A stretch of DNA of 64,000 bases from Bacteroidota bacterium. Its GTDB lineage: Bacteria; Bacteroidota; Ignavibacteria; Kapaibacteriales; HRBIN21. Both the position numbers and the translations under genes were made by a program. The DNA lies in assembly GCA_030550275.1 (NCBI GenBank), contig JAUQPR010000003.1, positions 69,571 to 133,570 on the forward strand, in the 5' to 3' direction. Below are positions 19,942-28,200 of the stretch, one piece after another (position 1 is the first letter of the stretch; each line of letters starts with the position of its first letter). The notes beneath the pieces are model-generated. The model was not told the DNA's origin. It did not search any database and was given only the letters and a program-made list of their open reading frames with translations.

Positions 19942-20692
19942 GCTGCCGGGCACATATCCCTTTGCCGAAGGGCTCAGCGCCGTTGTCTTCCTGGACTTCG
20001 ATGGCACGCTCACGCCGGTAGACATCGGCGATACGCTGCTGTGCCGCTATAGCAACGCAGCCGAACTGCTCCCAGCCGTCCGCGCGGGGCAGTTGAGCGT
20101 GCTGGAGTACTACCGCGAGGTATGCCGCAAGCTCCGCGCAACGCCGGAGGAGCTTGCTGCTGCCGCATGCGAGATTGGACTGCGTCCATACGCACGGGAG
20201 CTTGTGGAGAGCTGCTCCCGTCACGGCGCCGGTGTGGCGATCCTCAGCGATGGATTCGATGCCTACATCCTCCCCGTGCTCCGCACCGCCGGGATGGAGC
20301 ATCTCCCCATCGCGTGCAATCTGCTCCGCTGGACCGGTTCGGGCTACGAGCCAGAGTTCCCTTGGGCACAGCAACGGTGCCAGCTCGACTGCCCCGCGCC
20401 ATCCCCCTGCGCGGCGTGCAAACGGGCAGCGCTGCTGAGCTGGGCTCCACCGAGCGCGGCGGTCGTCTACGTCGGGGATGGGATGTCGGATTTCTGCCCG
20501 GCGCTCTTCGCCGATGTGGTATTCGCACGCGGCGAGCTCGTTGACTGGTGCCGCAGCCGTGGCATCGGCTACATCCCGTACGGCGATCTCTTCGAGCTGC
20601 GGCAGCGTCTGGAGGAGCTCTTCCGCCGGCGGCGTCTCTTCCAGCGGTACCTTCCACTGCGGCGGCGGCAGCGGGCATGGGTCGAGGAGTGA
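19934..20692 (+). CDS. HAD-IB family hydrolase (MtnX / phosphoserine-phosphatase-like)
   Basis: ATG at 19934 (overlaps the upstream stop by 8 bp). Motif I VVFLDFDGTLT and motif IV VYVGDGMSDFCPA. Cys-rich C-terminal part. Confidence 0.65.
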   Translation: MIELPGTYPFAEGLSAVVFLDFDGTLTPVDIGDTLLCRYSNAAELLPAVRAGQLSVLEYYREVCRKLRATPEELAAAACEIGLRPYARELVESCSRHGAGVAILSDGFDAYILPVLRTAGMEHLPIACNLLRWTGSGYEPEFPWAQQRCQLDCPAPSPCAACKRAALLSWAPPSAAVVYVGDGMSDFCPALFADVVFARGELVDWCRSRGIGYIPYGDLFELRQRLEELFRRRRLFQRYLPLRRRQRAWVEE

Positions 20693-22191
20693 GCATCTGG
20701 ATCGGCATTGCCCTGTGTGCCGGCGTCCTCAGCGCTCAGATGCCGCAACGGCAAACTGTGCTGCGCGCGGTCACGCTCAACGGCATCCCCTTGCAGAGTT
20801 CGAGCCTGGACAGCCTCACCATTGCTCCCACAGACACCATCGGGTTTGCCTACGCCTGCCTGTGCCCGCAGGGGGTGGCTCCGCCGCTGTTCGAGATCCA
20901 ACTGCGCTCCGGCGAACGCCAGCAGGTGCGCTCCCTGCGCGCCGATAGCATCCTCTACGCCAACCTGCCCGAGGGCGAGTACGAGTTCCGTGTGCGGGCG
21001 TTCTCCCCTACTGAGGGCTGGGATGCTGAACCGGTCGGGCTCCGCTTCTGGGTCAACTCCGCACGAGCGCAGCAGTGGAAAGAGCGCTGGCTGCGCCCAT
21101 CGGCAGCCCCTGCTCTGAAACAGACCACGGAGAAGCCCGCTGCACACCCCCGCTTCGCCGGCGATGGCGTACTCCCGTGGATACTGCTTGCCGCTGGCAT
21201 CCTCGCCGGAGGACTGCTGGGCACATGGCTCTGGCTGCGCATACGCATCCGCCGCAAGAGCGCCCGGTTGCCCATGGCGACCGATGGAGCTGCCTCCCTC
21301 TCGAGCGCTCCTCCCACCGCGTACGACAGCTTGCTGGCAGAGAACAGCCGTCTCAAAGCCGAGCTGAACGCCCTGCGCGGGCAGATCAGCGCCCTGGAAG
21401 CCCGCAGCCGCCATCTGAGCGAGGAGAACCGCTCCCTGCGCGAACAGGTCGAACGGCTGCGCGCCAAGCAAGAGGAGCTCGAGCAACTGCAGGAGCAAAA
21501 GGATGCCCTCTTCGCAATGGTGCTGCACGATATCAAGAACCCCGCCATGATTATCCGCGGGCTGGTTGAGCTGCTGCGCTCCTACGACCTCAGCGCACAG
21601 GAGCAGCAGGAGATCATCAACGACATCGTTGCCACCTCGGCGCGCATCGTGGAGCTGTCGCAGGAGATCTCGCGCATCCTGGCGCTGGAGGCAAAGGTGC
21701 TGCAGCTTGACCTGCAACCGACCGATGTCGCTGAGCTCATCGCCGCCGTATGCCGGCAGAACAAACCGCTGGCAGACCGCAAGTCTATTGCCCTGTTGCA
21801 GGAGGTGGAGCCCGATCTGCCGCTCATCATCGCCGATCCACAGCGGCTGGAGGAGGTGCTGGACAACTTGGTCAGCAACGGCATCAAGTACTCCCAACCG
21901 GGGGCAACTGTGGTGGTGCGCGCCTACGCCCGCGACGACAAGCTCTACATTGAGGTCGAAGACAACGGGCTCGGCATGAGCGAGGAGGATGTCCGGCAAG
22001 CCTTCCAGCGTGGAGTACGGCTCGGCTCCAAGCCCACCGGTGGTGAGCCCAGTTCGGGGCTGGGGCTGTGGATTGTCAAGCGCCTGGTTGAAGCCCACCA
22101 CGGTCACGTCCGCATCCGCAGTGCCTTAGGGAAGGGGACAACCGTCTACGTCGAGCTACCGCTGGAACAGCCCAGTCCGCAACCGAGCTAA
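20677..22191 (+). CDS. Sensor histidine kinase with periplasmic Y_Y_Y (Ig-like) domain and coiled-coil linker; no response regulator adjacent
   Basis: ATG 20677 (signal/TM MGRGVSIWIGIALCAGVLSAQ). Y_Y_Y-like segment (YANLPEGEYEFRVRAFSPTEGWDAEPVGLRFWV), TM helix, coiled coil. H-box FAMVLHDIKNPAMI. HATPase ATVVVRAYARDDKLYIEVEDNGLGMS, GLGLWIVKRLVEAHHG. Confidence 0.8.
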   Translation: MGRGVSIWIGIALCAGVLSAQMPQRQTVLRAVTLNGIPLQSSSLDSLTIAPTDTIGFAYACLCPQGVAPPLFEIQLRSGERQQVRSLRADSILYANLPEGEYEFRVRAFSPTEGWDAEPVGLRFWVNSARAQQWKERWLRPSAAPALKQTTEKPAAHPRFAGDGVLPWILLAAGILAGGLLGTWLWLRIRIRRKSARLPMATDGAASLSSAPPTAYDSLLAENSRLKAELNALRGQISALEARSRHLSEENRSLREQVERLRAKQEELEQLQEQKDALFAMVLHDIKNPAMIIRGLVELLRSYDLSAQEQQEIINDIVATSARIVELSQEISRILALEAKVLQLDLQPTDVAELIAAVCRQNKPLADRKSIALLQEVEPDLPLIIADPQRLEEVLDNLVSNGIKYSQPGATVVVRAYARDDKLYIEVEDNGLGMSEEDVRQAFQRGVRLGSKPTGGEPSSGLGLWIVKRLVEAHHGHVRIRSALGKGTTVYVELPLEQPSPQPS

Positions 22192-22235
22192 GCGCTCCGA
22201 AGCAGCCGTGCCCACGTAGTTTTGCACCTTCGGCA

Positions 22236-23234
22236 TTGTGCTGGTATGCTGCCGTAGCGATGTGTGTACGCGTCGAGCCGTACCGCCCTGAACTCCGCCA
22301 CGAGTGGGAAGCCCTCGTTGCGCGCTCCAATAACGGCACGATGTTCCACCGCCTGCAGTTCCTCGATTACCACCCGCCAGGCAAGTTCCACTTCCACCAC
22401 CTGCTGTTTTGGAAGGGGGACCGCCTCGTCGGCGTCATGCCAGGCGGGCTGCTCGAAGATGGGCGCGTCCTCTGGTCGCCTGTCGGTGCCAGCTACGGCG
22501 GCATCGTTACCGAGGACATCCCCTTTGCGCTTGCCCTGGAGATAGTGGACGCGCTGTTGGAGTACGGTCGCCGCTTCGGGCTGCGCGAGCTCTACCTTAT
22601 CCCCGCTCCCTTCATTTACAGCCGCAACTACTCGCAGAACCTGGAATACGCGCTGCTCTACCGCCGCTTCGGCTTTGAATACCACTACATCTCGCACGCC
22701 ATCCACCTCAAGCACGGGACTGATCCCTTCAGCTACTTTGGCGCTAACACCCGAAGGAAGCTCCGCAAGCTGCTGCGCGCGCAACTCCTGCAGATCCGTG
22801 AATCCCAAGACTACGACACCTTCTACGAAATCCTGGTGCGCAACAAAGCCCGCCACGGTGCAACCCCGACCCACTCCCTGCAGGACCTCCACCGCCTGCG
22901 GGAGCTGGTGCCCGAGCACCTGCGCCTGCTCATGGTCTACTACGGGGAGACCGCCATTGCGGGGTCGCTGCTGTTCCTGTGCAACCCCAAGGTGGTGCTG
23001 TGCTTCTACAACATGATGCTGTACGAGTACAGCCATCTGCGCCCGGTCTACCTGCTTATGTACGAGATTGTGCGCTGGGCAGCCGAGCACGGCTACGAGT
23101 GGGTGGATATTGGCGTCTCCCAGGATACGCGCTCGCCCGATCCGATGACCCCATCGCTGAGCCTTATCCACTTCAAGGAGCGCTTCGGCAGCAGGGGAAT
23201 TCTGCGCAGCACGTTCTACTACCGATTCGCCTAA
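22236..23234 (+). CDS. FemAB-like / BioF2-like GNAT-fold acyltransferase (Acetyltransf_6 family)
   Basis: About 330 aa with two GNAT-like halves, typical of FemAB-family proteins found in exopolysaccharide loci. The start may be M9 (22260). Assigned by architecture and resemblance, not by a search. Confidence 0.45.
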   Translation: MCWYAAVAMCVRVEPYRPELRHEWEALVARSNNGTMFHRLQFLDYHPPGKFHFHHLLFWKGDRLVGVMPGGLLEDGRVLWSPVGASYGGIVTEDIPFALALEIVDALLEYGRRFGLRELYLIPAPFIYSRNYSQNLEYALLYRRFGFEYHYISHAIHLKHGTDPFSYFGANTRRKLRKLLRAQLLQIRESQDYDTFYEILVRNKARHGATPTHSLQDLHRLRELVPEHLRLLMVYYGETAIAGSLLFLCNPKVVLCFYNMMLYEYSHLRPVYLLMYEIVRWAAEHGYEWVDIGVSQDTRSPDPMTPSLSLIHFKERFGSRGILRSTFYYRFA

Positions 23235-24373
23235 TGCCGCCCACCTGGGACGTGTGCATCCTGAGTATGTCCGAGGTGCAGTATGATGCTCGGACGCTCA
23301 ATGTCGCGCGCTCGCTGACGCGCATGGACAAACGGGTCTGCCTCAGCGGCTGGGGGAATGCATCCGTTGCCGAGCGGTTGCAGCAGCAAGGCATAGCGGC
23401 GCAGCTCCGCCCGCGTCCGGCGTTCCCCAGGATGGCGCTGGAATGGGGCTACTTCATGCTGTGGAACCTGCTCCGGCAGCGCCATCTGCGGGCGCGGGCA
23501 TACTGGGCAGCAGACCTCTACTCGCTGCCAATCGCAGCGCACCTGGCACGCCGGTTTCGGGCATGCTTGTTTTACGATTCGCGCGAGCTCTACTTCGCGC
23601 TCGCTTCACTGCACAAGCGCCCACTGACACAGAGAATCCTGCAGCGGATCGAATCACACTACATCCGGCGCGCCCACCGCTGCATCGTCTCCGGCTGGCT
23701 GGATGCCGAAGAGGTGCAGCGACACTACCACCTGCCGGCTCCCCCGGTGGTCCTACTGAACGTCCCTCCATACCGGGTGCCGCCCCGAACGGATCTGCTA
23801 CGCCGGACCCTGCGGATCCCACCCAACGCCGTTGTCCTGCTCTACCAAGGCGCTGTATTCGCTGGGCGGGGGCTCGTCCACGCCCTGCAGCTCCTGTGTA
23901 GCCTGCCCGAGGCAGTTCTGTGCATCCTCGGTGATGGTCCTCTGCGCCCAGCCCTACAGCAGATGGCACGGCAGTTCAACGTCACGCAACGCCTGTTTTG
24001 GCTGGGCTGGCGTCCCTACGAGGAGCTGCTGGAGTGGACCGCTTCCGCCGATATCGGGCTGGCGCTCATCGAACCCATCAGCCGGAGCTACGAGCTGGCA
24101 CTGCCGAATAAGGTCTTCGAATACTGCATGGCGGGCATCCCCACCATTGCCACAGCCCTGCCCGCGCTGCAGCAGCTCTTTGAACGCTACCGGATCGGCG
24201 TCCTGCTCTCCCCCGAACTCTCTATCGAAGAGCTACGCCGCGCCGTCCGTACCCTGCGCATACCGGAGGTGTGGAACCAATACCACGAACGCTGTCGCCA
24301 AGCTGCCACGCAGCTATGCTGGGAAGCTCAACACTCAAAACTCGTGGAGCTGTGGGAGACTACCTCCTGCTGA
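23234..24373 (+). CDS. Glycosyltransferase family 4 (GT-B, GT1 clan)
   Basis: ATG at 23234 overlaps the upstream TAA (TAATG). C-terminal GT4 E-x7-E region (ALPNKVFEYCMAGIPTIA). Divergent N-terminal domain. Confidence 0.7.
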   Translation: MPPTWDVCILSMSEVQYDARTLNVARSLTRMDKRVCLSGWGNASVAERLQQQGIAAQLRPRPAFPRMALEWGYFMLWNLLRQRHLRARAYWAADLYSLPIAAHLARRFRACLFYDSRELYFALASLHKRPLTQRILQRIESHYIRRAHRCIVSGWLDAEEVQRHYHLPAPPVVLLNVPPYRVPPRTDLLRRTLRIPPNAVVLLYQGAVFAGRGLVHALQLLCSLPEAVLCILGDGPLRPALQQMARQFNVTQRLFWLGWRPYEELLEWTASADIGLALIEPISRSYELALPNKVFEYCMAGIPTIATALPALQQLFERYRIGVLLSPELSIEELRRAVRTLRIPEVWNQYHERCRQAATQLCWEAQHSKLVELWETTSC

Positions 24374-25224
24374 CGCTCCAGCAGCTCATCGGCTCCAGCA
24401 CCCACCTGGTCGCCAAACGTGTGGTGAGCCAGTTGAGTCCGGAGCTGAGCCTCTTCTGGCGCAGCCTCATTGCCGCCCTCAGCAGCATGGCGTGGCTGCT
24501 GTACGAGAACCACCGAACCGCTCTGCTGCACCGGCTCCGCCTCCGTCAGGTGGTGCTGCTGCTTGTGCTGGGGCTGCTCGCCGTGCCGCTCAACCAGTGG
24601 TGCTTTCTGGCTGGGGTGCGGCTATCCACCCCTGCCAATGCCTCCCTGATGTACGCACTGACGCCGGTCTGGACCCTGCTGTTGAGCAGCGCACTGCACC
24701 AGGAGCGCCTGACTGCGCTGAAGCTCACCGGAGTGCTGCTGGCAGTAGGGGGTGTGGTGTTGGTGCTCTGGGAGGAAGCACCGTTCCCCAGCAGCTCCAC
24801 CACGCTCGGGAATTGGCTCCTGCTGCTGGCAAGCTGGGCATGGGCACTCTACACCGTTCTCAGCCAGCGTGTTGCCATGCAGTTGGGCGCTCTGAAGACC
24901 ACGGCGCTCAGTATGGTGCTGGGCTGGATGCTTTACCTCCCGCTGTGGGCTGCGCTGGGTGCGGAGTTAGGGCTGGAGCTGCTCTCCCCCTCACTGGTGC
25001 TGGAGCTGCTCTACATGGGCGTGGTGACATCGGGCATCGGCTACCTGCTATGGGTAGCAGTCCTGCAGCGGCTGGAAGCCAGCAAGGTTGCGGTCTTCGC
25101 TACACTCCAGCCGGTGCTCACCACTCTGGCTGCCATCCCGCTCTTCGGGTTTGTCCCCTCGTTCCCCTTCCTGCTGGGCGGAATGGCTATCCTTGCGGGG
25201 ATGCTTCTGACCCAACTGGGCTGA
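24316..25224 (+). CDS. EamA/DMT-family transporter (10 TMS)
   Basis: Two EamA-like halves of hydrophobic helices (LLVLGLLAVPLNQWCFLAGVRLSTPANASLMYALTPVWTLLLS ...). The start is uncertain (ATG 24316, or GTG 24352, which overlaps the GT4 stop less). Confidence 0.65.
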   Translation: MLGSSTLKTRGAVGDYLLLTLQQLIGSSTHLVAKRVVSQLSPELSLFWRSLIAALSSMAWLLYENHRTALLHRLRLRQVVLLLVLGLLAVPLNQWCFLAGVRLSTPANASLMYALTPVWTLLLSSALHQERLTALKLTGVLLAVGGVVLVLWEEAPFPSSSTTLGNWLLLLASWAWALYTVLSQRVAMQLGALKTTALSMVLGWMLYLPLWAALGAELGLELLSPSLVLELLYMGVVTSGIGYLLWVAVLQRLEASKVAVFATLQPVLTTLAAIPLFGFVPSFPFLLGGMAILAGMLLTQLG

Positions 25225-25291
25225 CCGCGCGCCCTCGGCTTCGATTGGGCGGCGTTCTGTATTTTGCGCCACTGACAATGCAAGCGCATCC

Positions 25292-28200
25292 ATGCTACGT
25301 CGGCTGGGGATTGCCATCGCCGCGGTTGTGAGCGCTACGGCAGCGGGAACTGGCTTCATTGAGAACCAAGGGCAGGTGCGCGACCGCTTCGGGCAGCTTC
25401 GCCCGGACATCCTCTTCGTTGCTGAACTGCCGGGGATGGAGCTCTTCGTCCACACCCGAGGCATCAGCTACGTGTTCACCGTGGTGGAGCTCTCCGAGGA
25501 GCTTCCCCCTGAACACCGCTGGCGCCGCCTCAGCGCTCGCCGCTACCGACTCGACCTGGAGTGGCTCTCCGCAGAGCCCTTCTTCCGGGTGCGTGCATCG
25601 GGAGCGCATCCCATGCTGCGCCACTACTACCTGCCGGGACGCACGGCGTTGAACGTTGCCGCCTACCAGGAGGTACAGCTTGAGGAGCTCTACCCGGGCG
25701 TGACGCTTCGGCTGCGGCTGGGCAGCGAAGGGCTCAAGTACGACCTGCTGTGCCGCCGTGCCGAAGATCTCGCCCGCGTGCGCTTCCGCTACGTCGGCGC
25801 GCAGCAGCTCTCCCTGCAGCCCGATGGGAGCTTGCTGGTGCATACCCCGCTGGGCACGGTGCGCGAGCTTCCCCCGGTGGCATTCCAGCTCAATCGAACC
25901 CTTGCAGCCGCCTATCAGCTCCACGGCGATACTGTGAGCTTCCGCGCTGCCGAAGCGCTTCCCCACCTGCCGCTGGTCTTTGATCCCGGTGTGGCGTGGT
26001 CCACCTTCTATGGTGGAAGCCGGCTGGAGGACTTCACCGCCGTCGCCGCAGACGCTGCCGGGAATATCTACCTGGCGGGCTGGAGTGTGAGCACAGACTT
26101 CCCCGTGGTGAACGCCTTCCAACCCAATTTGCGCGACACCCTGGCAACGGACATCGTCGTAGTCAAGCTCTCCGCAGCGGGCTCTCCAATCTGGGCAACC
26201 TATTACGGCGGCGATAGCAGCGATGCCGCCTACGGCATCGCCTGCGATGGCTCAGGGGAGGTGGTGGTTGTGGGCACCACCACGAGCCCGAACTTCCCCG
26301 TCCAAAACGCCTTCCAGAGCACGCTCTCGGGCTACTCCGATGCCGTCATCGTGCGCTTCAACAGCTCCGGGCAGCGCCTGTGGGCAACCTACTACGGCGG
26401 CAGCGGTGAGGAGACCGCCTACGGTGTGGCATTCCACCGCAGTGGGATCTTCGTCGGCGGCACCACGAGCAGCACGAACTTCCCCGTGCTCAACGCGCTC
26501 CAGAGCGTCCATGGAGGTGGCACCACAGATGGCTTCGTGCTGAAGTTCTCCGCTGCCGGGCAGCGCCTGTGGGCAACCTACTACGGCGGCAGCGGTGAGG
26601 AGGACCTCCGAGGAATCGCCGCTGACAGCCTCGGTGCCGTTCTCGCTGTTGGCATGACCACGAGCACGAACTTCCCCGTGCAGAACGCACTGCAACCGAC
26701 CTACGGTGGCGGACTCTCGGATGCCTTCGTGCTCAAGCTCTCCGGCTCTGGGCAGCGCCTGTGGGCAACCTACTACGGCGGCAATCGGCTGGACTTCGGC
26801 TACGGCGTCGCCACCGACGTGCGCAACATGGTCTATATCTGCGGCAGCTCCCTCAGCGACTCCATCCCTATGCGCTACGCCTTCCAGTCGCGCCGAGTTG
26901 CTGCACTGGAGGCATTCATCGCAGCGCTGGACACCGTCGGAGGTCTGCTCTGGGGCACCTTCTACGGCGGCAACGGTGTGGATGAAGCTCGCGGCATCGC
27001 CACCACGCCGCAGCGCCGCATCCTTGTGGTCGGCTCCACCAACAGCTCGAACTTCCCGCTCAACCAGCCGCTCCAGAACAGCCATGCCGGCAATGGGGAT
27101 GCCTTTGTGGCAGCCTTCAACTACGTGGGCGTCCAACTGTGGTCGAGCTACTACGGCGGCTCCAGCGCCGACATCTTCTACCGCGTCGCCGCCGATAGCG
27201 CAGGGAACTTCACCGCGGCGGGCAACTCCACAAGCTCGGACTTCCCCCTGCAGAACGCCTTCCAAAGCACGCTCCGCGGCGGGATGGATGGCGTTGCCGT
27301 GCGGTTCGAATGGGAGAGCATCCGCTGCTGGCTCCTGCGCCCCGGTCCGCTGTGCCCTGGCGACACCATCAGCATTGGATTCGAGGCACGGGGCTACTTC
27401 TTCCCGGACAACGTCTTCACCGCCGTGCTCTCAGATTCCACCGGCAGCTTCAACACCTCCACGCTCATTGGCTCCCTTGCCGGGCAGAGCAGCGGAGTCA
27501 TCCTCGGGCGCATTCCGGATACGGTCTCTCCGAGCAAGCGCTACCGGATTCGCGTCCTGGGTTCGCGCCCTGCAACCATCGGGAGCCCCAGCGATAGCTT
27601 CACGATTCTGCCCCGCCCAACGCCGCCGGTGATCACCGTGGAGCCGGATACTGTGCTCTGCCCCGGCGACAGCGCTATCCTGCGCATCGAACCGCAGGAG
27701 ATGGCAACCTACCGCTGGCTGCTCAACGGCAATCCCATCGGGAGTGACTCACCGCAACTTGTCGCCCGACAAGCCGGACGCTACAGCGTCCTTGTGCGCA
27801 CCCCGTGCGGGGAGGTGCGCTCCCAGCGCGATATTGTGCTCACCAGCGCCAATAGACCCGCCATCCCACGAATCGAGGTCCTGGGAGCACGCCGCTTCTG
27901 CCGAGGAGATTCCGCTATCCTCCGCACCGCCAACCAGGGTGGGGAGACCTCCTACGAATGGCTCCGCAACGGCGTCCTCATAGGGCAGAATGCGCCGGTC
28001 CTGACCGTCTCCCAAAGCGGCAGCTACACCGTGGTGGTGGCGAACCTCTGCGGTCGCGTTGCTTCGCCGGATACGGTACACATCCTCGTGGATGAACCGC
28101 TGGCGCCTCCGGAGTTGGTTGCCGAGGGTGCCACGCGCTTCTGCCAAGGCGATTCCGTCGTGCTCCGTACCCGCGCCGACAGCGCCATCATGGAATACCG

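Noticed and set aside
25225-25275. Possible intrinsic terminator after the EamA gene (cgccc...gggcg stem with downstream tgtatttt)
   Set aside because: The stem is short and interrupted and the loop is long (12 nt). Too weak to call without folding-energy calculation.
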